From Heterodontus francisci (taxonomy: Eukaryota), in NCBI RefSeq assembly GCF_036365525.1, contig NC_090371.1, positions 255,810,434 through 255,874,433 on the forward strand: DNA of 64,000 nucleotides, given 5' to 3'. Below the pieces are notes generated by a model. The model saw nothing but the letters and a program-made list of their open reading frames with translations, made no database searches and was not told where the DNA came from. Made by a program: the position numbers and the translations under genes. Below are positions 30,701 to 42,164 of the stretch, in pieces. Numbering within the stretch: the stretch's first letter is position 1; every line of letters begins with the position of its first letter.

Positions 30701-33700
30701 ATCAGGAGGGCTAAAAGGGGTCATGAAAAGTCATTGGCAAACAGGATTAAGGAAAATCCCAAGGCTTGTTATACGTATATAAAGAGCAAGAGGGGAGCCA
30801 GGGAAAGGGCTGGCCCACTCAAGGACAGAGGAGGGAATCTATGCGTGGAGCCAGAGGAAATGGGTGAGGTACTAAATGAGTACTTTGCATCAGTATTCAC
30901 CAAAGAGAAGGACTTGGTGGATGATGAGTCGAAGGAACGGAGTGTAGATAGTCTGGGTCATGTCAATACCAAAAAGGAGGAGGTGTTGGGCGTCTTGAAA
31001 AACATTAAGGTAGATAAGTCCCCAGGGCCTGATGGGATCTACCCCAGAATACTGAAGGAGGCAAGGGAGGAAATTGCTGGGGCCTTGACAGAAATCTTTG
31101 TATCCTCATTGGCTACAGGTGAGGTCCCAGAGGACTGGAGAATAGCCAATGTTGTTCCTTTGTTTAAGAAGGGTAGCAAGGATAATCCAGGAAATTATAG
31201 GCCAGTGAGCCTTAAGTCAGTGGTAGGGAAATTATTGGAGAGGATTCTTCGGGACAGGATTTACTCCCATTTGGAAATAAATGAACTTATTAGCGAGAGG
31301 CAGCATGGTTTTGTGAAGGGGAGGTCGTGTCTCACGAACTTGATCGAGTTTTTTGAGGAAGTGAAGAAGATGATTGATGAAGGAAGGGCAGTGGATGTTG
31401 TCCACATGGACTTCAGTAAAGCCTTTGACAAGGTCCCTCATGGCAGACTGGTACAAAAGGTGAAGTCACACGGGGTCAGAGGTGAGCTGGCAAGATGGAT
31501 ACAGAATTGGCTCGGTCATAGAAGACAGAGGGTAGCAGTGGAAGGGTGCTTTTCTGAATGGAGGGCTGTGACTAGTGGTGTTCCGCAGGGATCAGTGCTG
31601 GGACCTTTGCTGTTTGTAGTATATATAAATGATTTGGAGGAAAATGTAGCTGGTCTGATTAGTAAGTTTGCGGACGACACAAAGGTTGGTGGAGTTGCGG
31701 ATAGTGATGAGGATTGTCAAAGGATACAGCAGGATACAGATCGGTTGGAGACTTAGGCGGAGAAATGGCAGATGGAGTTTAATCCGGACAAATGTGAGGT
31801 AATGCATTTTGGAAGGTCTAATACAGGCGGGAAGTATACAGTAAATCATTGAGGATGGGGATATTTGTGGAGCCACCTCCTCCAGTTAGTAGTTTAATTG
31901 TCCATCACCATAAATGGCAGAACCCTGGAGTATTGACAGGCAGAGAGATCTGGGCATACAGGTCCACAGGTCACTGAAAGTGGCAACGCAGGTGGATAAG
32001 GTAGTCAAGAAGGTATACGGCATGCTTGCCTTCATTGGTCTGGGGTCGCCAGACGACCAGAAGGATGTGGAGGCTTTGGAAAGGGTACAGAAGAGGTTTA
32101 CCAGGATGTTGCCTAGTCTAGAGGGTATTAGCTATGAGGAGAGGTTGGATAAACTCGGATTGTTTTCACTGGAACGATGGAGTGGAGGGGCGACACGATA
32201 GAGGTTTACAAAGTTATGAGTGGCATGGACAGAATGGATAGTCAGAAGCTTTTTCCCAGGGTGGAAGAGTCAGTTACTAGGGAACATTGGTTTAAGGTGC
32301 GAGGGGTAAAGTTTAGAGGGGATGTGCGAGGCAAGTGTTTTACACAGAGGGTGGTGAGTGCCTGGAACTTGCTGCCGGGGGAGGTGGTGGAAGCAGGTAC
32401 GATAGTGACGTTTAAGAGGCATCTTGACAAATGCATGAAAAGGATGGGAATAGAGGGATACGGGCCCTGGAAGTGCAGAAGGTTTTAGTTTAGACAGGCA
32501 TCAAGATTGGCGCAGGCTTGGAAGGCCGAATGGCCTGTTCCTATGCTGTACTGTTCTTTGTTCTTTGTTCTTCTTTGTTCAGAGAGATCCACCATTGACA
32601 TGCTGTTTTCCTTTCACCAGCTACAGGAGAAATGCCGCAAACAACAGATGCCCCTCTATGTTACTTTCATAGATCTCACCAAAGCCTTTGACCTCGTCAG
32701 CAGACGTGGTTTCTTCAGACTACCAGCAAAGATCGGATGTCCACCAAAGCTACTAAGTATCATCACTTTATTCCATGTCAATATGAAATGCACAATTCAG
32801 CATAGTGGCGCCTCATCAGGCTCCTTTCCTATCCTGAGTGGCGTGAAACAGGGCTGTGTGTTCTCGCACCTACACTGTTTGGGATCTTCTTCTCCCTGCT
32901 GCTCTCACATGCGTTCAAGTCTTCAGAAGAAGGAATTTTCCTCCACACAAGATCAGATTGCAGGTTGTTCAACCTTGACCATTTAAGAGCGAAGGCCAAA
33001 GTACGGAAGGTCTTCATCAGGGAACTCCTCTTTGCTGACAATGCTGCATTAACATCCCACACAGAAGAGTGTCTGCAGAGACTCATCGACAGGATTGCGG
33101 CTGCCTGCAACGAATTTGGCCTAACCATCAGCCTCAAGAAAACGAACATCATGGGACAGGATGTCAGAAATGCTTCATCCATCAATATCGGCAACCACAC
33201 TCTGGAAGTGTTTCAAGAGTTCACCTACCTAGGTTCAACTATCACCAGTAACCTGTCTCTCAATGCAGAAATCAACAAGCGCATGGGAAAGGCGTCCGCT
33301 GCTATGTCCAGACTGGCTGAGAGGGTGTGGGAAAATGGCGCACTGTCACGGAACACAAAAGTCCGAGTGTATAAAGCCTGTGTCCTCAGTACCTTGCTCT
33401 ACGGCAGCAAGGCCTGGACAATGTATGTCAGCCAAGAGCAACGTCTCAATTCATTCCATTTTCGCTGCCTCCGGAGAATGCTTGGCATCAGGTGGCAGGA
33501 TCATATCTCCAACGCAGAAGTCCTCGAGGTGGCCAACATCCCCAGCATATACACCCTACTGAGCCAGCGGTGCTTGAGATGGCTTGGCCATGTGAGCCGC
33601 ATGGAAGATGGCAGGATCCCCAAGGACGCATTGCACAGCGAGCTCGTCACTGGTATCAGACCCACCGGCCGTCCATGTCTCTGCTTTAAAGACGTCTGCA

Positions 33701-34016
33701 AACGTGACATGAAGTCCTATGACATTGATCACAAGTCGTGGGAGTCAGTTGCCAGTGATCGCCAGAGCTGGCGGACAGCCATAAAGGCGGGGCTAAAGAG
33801 TGGCGAGTCGAAGAGCCTTAGCAGTTGACAGGAAAAAAAACAGAAGCGCAAGGAGAGTATTAGCTCCGACAACCAATTTTATCTGCACCGCCTGTGGAAG
33901 AGTCTGTCACTCTAGAATTGGCCTTTATAGCCACTCCAGGTGCTGCTTCACAAACCACTGACCACCTCCAGGCGCTTACCCATTGTCTCTCAAGACAAGG
34001 AGGCCAAAGAAAAAAA
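27790..34016 (+). mobile_element. RTE-clade LINE, near full length, 5'-inverted, with a 12-bp TSD
   Basis: APE motifs FASWNVRT, AALQETR and LLGDFNARIG on the minus strand (27790-28910); RT motifs GKAPGKDG, FIDLTKAFD, GVKQGC and LLFADN on the plus strand; A-rich end; AATTACTTGCTG at 27778-27789 and 34017-34028. Confidence 0.93.
30113..32579 (+). mobile_element. CR1 LINE nested in the RTE
   Basis: 424-aa ORF with [23 protein letters not shown] and FADD; (TTCTTTG)n tail; CAGAG duplicated at both ends, splitting the RTE motif GFRAE/RSTIDM. Confidence 0.93.
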
Positions 34017-34370
34017 AATTACTTGCTGAACCTGTGTACTAACCTGTTGTGATTTATGCACGAGGACACCCAGATCCCTCTGCATCTCAGACCTCTGTAA
34101 TCTCTCACCATTTAGATAATATGCTTCTTTTTTATTCTTCCTGCCAAAATGGACAATTTAAAATTTTCCCACATTGTACTCCATTTGCCATTCTTTGCCC
34201 ACTCACTTAACCTACCCATATCCCTTTGTAGCCTCCTTATATCCTCTTCACAACTTACTTTCCTACCTATCTTTGTGTCATCATCAAACCTAGGAACTGT
34301 ACCTTTGGTCCCCTCATCCAAGACATTTATATAAATTGTAAACAGTTGAGGACCCCAGCACTGATCCCTC
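34017..34370 (-). mobile_element. CR1 LINE, right part (continuation of 27535-27789)
   Basis: ORF FDDDTKIGRKVSCEEDIRRLQRD; begins with the TSD. Confidence 0.88.
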
Positions 34371-34374
34371 TATG

Positions 34375-35080
34375 CTGAACGGGGTTCATGTGCATAGATC
34401 TTTGAAGGTGGTAGGATGTATTGAGGAAATACTTCGTAAAGCATAAAAGCATATGGGATATTGGACTAAATAGAGGTATTGACTACAAAAGCAGGGAAGT
34501 TATGCTGAACCATTATAAAGCTCTGGTTAGACCACAACTAGAGTATTACATCCAGTTCTGGTCACTGCACTTGTGAAGGATGTGAAGGTCCTTGAGACGG
34601 TGCAGAGGGGATTTACCAGAATGGTTCCAGAGATGAGGGAAATTAACTACAAGGTTAGGTTGGAGAAGCTGGAGTTGTTCTCCTTGGAGCAAAAGAGATT
34701 GAGGGGAGATTTGATAGAGGTGTACAAGATCATGGCAGGTTTAGACAAGGTGTATAAAGAAAGCTGTTCCCATTAGATGATGGTAGAAGGACTGGGGGAC
34801 ACAGATTTAAGGTTTTGGACAAGAGGTACGGGGGAATTTGAGGAGGAACTTTTTTACGCAGCGAGTGGTAATGACCTGAAACTTGCTGCCTAGGAGGGTG
34901 GTGGAAGTGGAGATGGACAATGATTTCAAAAAGAACTTGGCTAGGCTCTTGAGAAATAAACTCGCAGAGCTACAGGGATTGAGTCGGGGACTGGGACTAA
35001 CTGGATTGCTCTACAGAGAGCTGGCATGGACTCGATTGGTTGAATGGCCTCCTTCTGTGTTGTAATGACTCTATGTCTCT
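34375..35080 (+). mobile_element. CR1 LINE 3' end
   Basis: ORF LETVQRGFTRMVPEM...FSLEQKRLRGDLIEVYK; TGAATGGCCTCCTTCTGTG tail. Confidence 0.85.
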
Positions 35081-35299
35081 AAGAGGACTGTCAGTTAAAG
35101 GACTTCTAAGTGATGCCTGCAAGGGGCAGCAAAGCTCAAGTTATTATTGAAGTGTTTTTGTCTGTTTAACTGTATCCCTTGGCCACAACTGCCAGTACTG
35201 CTTATCCTCTGACTTCACACGTCTTGCAATTCCTTCAATTCAGTACCACCCTAGACCATCACATCATACTTATTTGACCATAACTATCTATGCATGTCT

Positions 35300-37400
35300 A
35301 CATAATATGAATGAATAACCAAACATGGCATTAAGGCATCTTTTCCTGTAACTCCATAAATAGCTCAGTATAAAATAAGTGTGCATTCTTCTTTATTACA
35401 AGCAACCCTAAACATACCATCTTTCTCCTTTTCTACTGATTTCCTTAGGTGATAACCTGTATCAGGAGATATGATTGGTTGCTCCTGTGGTACAAAAGGT
35501 TCATGGGATTTATGTGGCCCTCCTCTTACACTAGCTTCATCCTGGGATGGATCCACTGCTGGCTGCATCTCTCCAGCTTGTGCCTGGCAGCATGGTGTCA
35601 CCTCCTACTTGCCAATTGCATGGTGTTCTGAGGCAGCTCGCCAGATGCCTAGCACATGCCATTGAGCTGAGAAATGGCAGCCTCATGCATGCTGCCTCCT
35701 GCTGTCACCATTGCACTGAACTCTGGATCTGTGTCCGCAGAGAACAGCGGGTTGGCTGATTTAATGATAGCTATCTGACCCTCAAAGCCCTGACAAGCAA
35801 CTGCCTGCATCCTGGCCTTCAATGTCTGAAAGCTGGTGTGAAGGGTGTCATCTAATCTGTCCCCAACTGCCACCCAGGACAGCAGTCTGTGCTTTCACAG
35901 AGGCTACTGAGGTGGGATGTGGGAAATTGCTGCTGATTGCAATGAATAATGAATAAATCAATAATTCTTGCAACATAAATGAAACGTTCCTGATGTTGCT
36001 GCAAATAAAGGTTATAGAATCTAGAATCACAGCTGTCTGTGGCTACATGTTATCAGAGATTTCCCTCAGAACCAGTAGGTGTGATGTTATTCAAAGGTCC
36101 TCCTTTTCAGATGCACATCCATGAGTTCTGGGTACTTAACTCTGAAGCCATGGGCAGCCTTTTCCTCAGACCCCGCTAGGAAGAAGGCACATCCTCACTG
36201 TTCCCCACTGCTCTGTGAATCACCATGTTACACCCTCACAAACACTATCAAATTCCCACTGGTTGAAAGTACCTGAGCTGATATGTGGGAGGGGGAAAGC
36301 AAATGGCACAGAGGAGTAACATGAAGGGAGTGCTCCAGAGGAATATGGGATCAGATCTTTCTCTAGGGACTGCTTTGTATGTAGCGTTGTGCTTTGGGGC
36401 AAAAACCTGACCTGGGGGTTGTTTTCAGCATTATCATCCTCATCGTTATCATTATAGTTGACGAGAAAGCAATTTCTTCCCTCCTGTTCATTCTCCTCAT
36501 TGCGATCACCTTCTCCTATTGCTGAGAAGGGCCTGAATGATAAAAGGCACAAACTAACAATGGCAGAGTGTAACCCCCTTGGGCTTAAGAAGGTAGAGAT
36601 GGTTGTGAAAATTATTGGCTGTGTGATGCATCACAGGGATGCCATGGAGGTTGTCTAGTTGTGTAGCCACTGCTCTGCATTTTCCCAGCAATTCTGCTAT
36701 CTCCCATATCTAGAGCAAAGTGCTTTCCCAGTGGCTCCATGGATTTCTCCTGCAACAAAATTGAGAGAATTAGGTGAAGCATTTGAGGGCTGCCTGCAAG
36801 GTGGTGTCAAGCAGGTGATTTAAAAGCCTGCTGATATCACCGTGTTAAAATGGAGAATGGGGCTTTAAATTTTTGCAAGCAATTGATGTTAGCGGAGAAG
36901 GCAAATTGCCTGATAAGATCACAAGTTGGTGTAGTGTGATGGGTTAATTTTAGAGGGTGTGCAGTGTGTTGGTGCCCGAGGAAGGAAGAGACAATGGCTG
37001 CTGTGTTACCTTGTCTGCCCTCATCATAGAACTGTCTCCAGCAGTGGTCTGCAATTCAGGGGGATTGGAGAGGTGGCAGCCAGTCATTGCCACTTTCCTC
37101 CAAAAGCCACATGAGGCACTTTTAAGAGGCTTCGTCCCATGAGCATGCAATAATATTGGTCTCCTTTGCTGTATTTCCGCCAGAAGTGTCTAAAGTCAGT
37201 CTCATTAAAATCATGTGCTCTTCTTTCCTCCCCCTTCCAATGCCCCATTGCTGTAAAAGTGGAACAATGGCTCATATGAACCATCTATTACACTTGCCTG
37301 ATTGTAAAATGTTCATGACTTTCCTGTTGCTCCCTCGGCCCACTTCTGCAATCTTGCACCATTCTAGGCTTTTCATAGTTCTGCTACTTCTATTCACCCA
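35300..37400 (-). mobile_element. Harbinger-type Myb/SANT remnant
   Basis: Minus strand RRAHDFNETD... near 37180-37230; general resemblance to the other Harbinger remnants. Confidence 0.45.
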
Positions 37401-37407
37401 ACATGTG

Positions 37408-37655
37408 TGTCACATCTCAGGATGAAGAATCATACATGAAGTCACAGATTTAACTTTAACAAAGTTATAACAAATGTTTAATAAAGACTTCTGTAGAGTT
37501 CTTGCTTACTGCTGCTCACTGTGGCTACAGAGCCTATCTGGCCTGACAACAATCCCCAGGTCAAGTGTTTTGCCCAAAGCACAATGTTACTTCCGTTTTC
37601 CCTTCCAAGTACCATATAATCTCTAATACTCAAGCCCACAAATACAATCATGACA
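37408..37655 (-). mobile_element. 3' LTR of Gypsy element 1
   Basis: TGTCA...TGACA inverted termini; preceded on the minus strand by the polypurine tract AAAGGAGGAA (37656-37665). Confidence 0.8.
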
Positions 37656-39560
37656 TTCCTCCTTTATCAGACTAAAACATGTCCATGATTTTTGAACATA
37701 ATCACAACACATAATCTTCATATCGTTTTGGTGGTCTCCTCTCGCGCTGTGGTCTGCCTGTTGTCTCAGGAACTCTGGTCACCACATCAAGTTTAGGAAA
37801 TGTTGTTGGCCCCTTGGGAACCGATATTTCTCCCTCTGAATAGCAAGCTGTCTGCCTACCAACAGCATCACTGGCTTGGACATCTGGATTGCTGGATGTC
37901 AGCTTCGCCTCAGCTCCTACATTTGGTTTATCTGCTGTGTCTTTGTCACCATGATACTTTTTAACGCATGAAGAATTTCTGTCATACAGTACTCCTTTCG
38001 GTGACTGCACAGTCACACTGTTTCCCTTCTTGGCAAGAACAGTACAGCTTGGGATAATATGGTGTGTCCATATTACTACTCGGACTCTCCCCATGTCAGC
38101 AATACTTCAGCACCTGGCATCACATCAGACTTCTCTAGCTCTCCTTCTGTGGTCTGCATAAAACTTTACGGCACCCTTTTTCTCAGCATCATGATCTCAA
38201 ACTCCTGATCAACTCTAATGTCCATCAGTTCTGATATCTTGGTGCATATTTTGCATCCAAATAGCAACTCAGCTGGGCTCTTTCCCATCATAGTGTGTGT
38301 ATTTGCTCTATACATGGCCACATTTGACAACAACACCTCCTTCCAGTCTTTACCCGCAGCCTGAACAATTCTCATCCGTTTCTCTAAGGATTGATTTTGT
38401 CTTTCTACTTCCCCATTTGCCTGCGGCCATTTAGGTCTTACTCTGTATTGGTGAATACCGCTGATTTGCATATAATCTGCAAAGATCTGTGAAATGAATT
38501 GTGGTCCATTGTCTGAATACAAAGTGACTGGTAGACCATGCCTTGCAAATATTTCAGCCAATGCAAACACTGTTTTCTCTGCCGTTGTCGACTTCTTTAC
38601 CACATACTCATAATAATGGCTGTGATAGTTGGTCACCACCAGTATGGACTCTCCTGATAAAAATGGACCTAAGAAGTCAACTGCTACATCCTCCCATGGT
38701 CCAGCCAGTAACTGTGCACTGTGTGCTGGTTCTAGTGGATTGGGTCTACTGACAAATTGACATCCATGGTTCCACATCTTTCTCCATCTCTGGCTACCAT
38801 ACTTTGGTTCATAAGTTTTGCTTAGTACCAACTACTCCCAAGTGACCCTCATGAGCTAGCATCACTAGTCTAGGCCTAAGCTTTCCTGGCACTATAAGTC
38901 TGTTACCTCTGAGAATACACTTCCCAATTGTACACAGTTCTTCTTGTATAACAATGTATGCCTTGAATGGGCAATTCTCCCAATTTCCAGTTTGGATTCT
39001 CTATCTGATGTCATTCAATTCTGAATCATTGTCTGACTCTCCTTCAATCTCTCTAGTTGTGATTGCTTTTGGTGTAGCACGAACTGCCACAAATCGCACA
39101 AATGATTCAGCTTCCTTCTCTAGTGAAGATCTGTGTGTTTGTCCTTCAACTGACTCTATGATGTCTCGGTCAACAAGTTCCTTGATTTTAGCCTCAACTT
39201 TCCCTCTTAGACCAAAAGGTGTTCTGCGTACAGGCTGAGCTAGAGGCTTCAGGTTCTCGCCAATGGTTAATATGACTTGGCGGATGTGCAACTTCCCAAT
39301 TCCTTGAAACACTGGTCCAAACTCCTCTTGAAGCTCCGCACAGGATTTCACAGAATTCAATTCACTGTGTAGCACCCCCAAGGCTTGGCCAGTTTCTCTA
39401 CTCAGGAGAGGCTCATCATCCTCCTCAATCACTACGAATTCTGCCTCCACAATCTGATCCCCAGTTCTTACACTTGCACTGAAACATCCAACAGTTTGAA
39501 GTGGGGTTTTAGACGTGCAAGGATAAAGCTTTTTGACACATTTTCAAGATGTGCACTTGA
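37656..39560 (-). mobile_element. Gypsy (Ty3) element 1 pol remnant; RT/RNaseH largely deleted
   Basis: Integrase motifs GPWEDVAVDFLGP, YSDNGPQF and PQANGEVERQN; C-terminal RPQRERRPPKRYEDYV; protease end EPLLSRETGQALG and RT start PVRRTPFGLRGKVEAKI. Confidence 0.9.
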
Positions 39561-40540
39561 TTCTCTGTGTCCACCTCTACCACCCTTTCCAGCAGTGAGT
39601 TCCAAGCCCCCACCACCTTCTGGGTGAACAAATTTCTCCTTAATTCCCCTCTAATCCCACTGCCAATTACTTTAAATCTATGACCCTGGTTATTGACCTC
39701 CCTGATAAGGGAAATAGGTTCTTTCTATCCACTCTATCTAGGCCCTTCATAATTTTATACACCTCAATTAAATCTACCCTCAGCCTCCTCTGTTCTAAAG
39801 AAAACAAACCCAACCTATCTTTCCTCATAGTTAAAATTCTCCATTCCTGACAACAGGAATGTACCCTCTCTAGTGTGATCACATCTTCCTGTAAAGCGGT
39901 GACCAGAACTGTATGTAGTACTCTAGATGTGGTCTAACTAGTGTTTTCTTGAATAATCTCCCTGCTATTATATTCTAGACCTTGGCTAATAAATGAAAGT
40001 ATCCTGTATGGCTTCATAACCACATTACCTACCTGTCCTGCTACCTTTGGGATCTATTGACATGCACTCCAAAGTCCCTCTGTTCCTCTACATTTCTTAG
40101 TACCTTACCATTTATCTTGTATTCTCTTGCCTTGTTTCCCTCCCCAGATGCATTACCTCACACTTCTCTAGATTGAACTCCATTTGCCACATTTCTGCCC
40201 ACCTGCCCAGTCCATTGATATCTTCCAGCAATCTACAGCTTTCTTCCTCACTGTCAATTGCACAATTGTTTTTGTATCATCTGTAAACTCCTTAATCATG
40301 CCCCCTACATTTAATTCTAAATCATTGATATATAGATGAAAAGCAAGGGACCTAGCACTGAGCCAGGCAGAAATCCACTGGAAACAGCCTTTCAGTCACA
40401 AAAACCACCCATTGACCATTACTCTTTGCTTCCTGCCAATGAGTCAATTTCAGATCAACCTGCCACTTTCCCTTGGATCCCATGGGCTGTTATTTTTCTG
40501 ACTAGTCTGCCATGTGGGTCTTTATCAAAAGCCTTATCAT
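39560..40540 (-). mobile_element. CR1 LINE 3' part
   Basis: ORF LGLFSLEQRRLRVDLIEVYKIMKG; degenerate RT motifs upstream. Confidence 0.85.
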
Positions 40541-41189
40541 GGACTAAAATGCTTTATTTTGTGTCACAAGAAGTTCCACAGTTTTGAGGTGCTGGGAAAG
40601 AATGAGTCAAATTAACAGACTGTGATGTCAAAACAGTAGAGATGTAGGAAGGAGGAAAAGCATGTTGAATAGCATATGGGTAGTTTAGAAGCGAAAAAAG
40701 AGGAAAGTTCAGTGAGGTACTGGTCATACAAACAGAGAAAGACAACAAAGGTGAAGAAAAAATGGTTGGAGGCTAGAGGTGAGAGAGGGAGCACTTACCA
40801 AGTGATAAATATGTTCTTTTCTTTTGTTTAGCAACAGAAAAGAGATGCTAGTTTAGGATGGACTTGCCATTTTCGAGTTCAATCAAATTTCTAGGCCATA
40901 ATATTTAGAATACATTGCCTCATCAATCCTTATTGCAGCTGCAGAGAAAGAACATGTTGTTTCTTGTGGTATTGCTCTATTACTATATGTTCCCTGGTTA
41001 ATGTCCCATTTATTGGCAATGTTGCACAAATTGAACAATATAGTGCAAGGTTTGATCCAGTACACTTCTTGTTACTTTGCTGCTCCCATGTCTTCCAGAG
41101 TCTCTTGGTTATGTTGTCCACGATCTAGTCTGGCCCTTCCTGTTGTGCATTTACTTGTGCTCTTGGCAATTAAATACCACCTTTGCTTG

Positions 41190-41400
41190 GTGTCCTAGCC
41201 AATATTTATCCCTCAACTAACATCACTAAAACAGATTATATGGTCACTATCTCATAGCTGTTCTTGGGAGCAAATTGGCTGCCACGTTTCCTACATTACA
41301 ACAGTGGCTGCATTTCAAAAGTACTTCATTGACTGAAGCATTTTGGGCACGCTGAGGATGTGAAAGGTGTTATATAAATTCAAGTTTATTCTTTCTTTGA
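41190..41400 (+). mobile_element. Deu-SINE 3' fragment
   Basis: TGTCCTAGCCAATATTTATCCCTCAAC...CAAATTGGCTGCC...TTCAAAAGTAC resembles 20240-20370. Confidence 0.75.
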
Positions 41401-42164
41401 AGGAAGAATAACGTGCATGGTTTAATCAAGCATATTCCACTGACAATATACATTTGCTTCTTCCGACACCATGCACAGTGATGGTAAAATTTCATTCTGC
41501 TGCTAACTGTTTGCTTTTGCTTTGCATCCACATTTCATAATGATATGCTTTTGTGTTTCTGAGCATTTCTTATAAATGATGCAGGTCTCCATTCAGCTTA
41601 TTCAGCATTACTACATTTCTTTGTGGAGCATATGACTTATTCTTTTGTGTATAAGGGCTATAATTAGAAGCTAAAAAGGCAAATCTCTTGCTCACTTGCT
41701 AGATTGTCCTAGCTCATAACATGGCATTGTATATATCAATCACATTAATTTTTGGCACTTTGTGGTTTTCCCTGGTATTAATATTTTTGTAATTTCCTCC
41801 CATGTCTGTTGGGTACATGATCTCCACTCAGTGATATATCCCACATTTGCCTAACTTGCTCATCAGTGGGAAAGGAGGCAGATTTCTTTCCATCTCTCCC
41901 AATGGTGACTCTGTATCACAAGTTAGTCAAGAGCTTTGATGGTGTCATTACAAGCTTTCTGCCACCTCCTTTGATCCACTCACCCTCAAATTTCTCTAGG
42001 ATTAATTATATTTTATGATTCTGCATTAAATATAGGATTAAATGACTACTTATCTTATTAAAGAGTGCCTGTGAGCATCATTGCAGGCATGATTTGATTG
42101 ACAACCAGTTAAAAAGAATTCTATTACATCATTTCAAACTTATTCCATGTGGTGCATAAAATGA

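Noticed and set aside
30482-31756. Functional 424-aa reverse transcriptase gene
   Set aside because: It belongs to a 5'-truncated CR1 copy with stops on both sides and an internal insertion.
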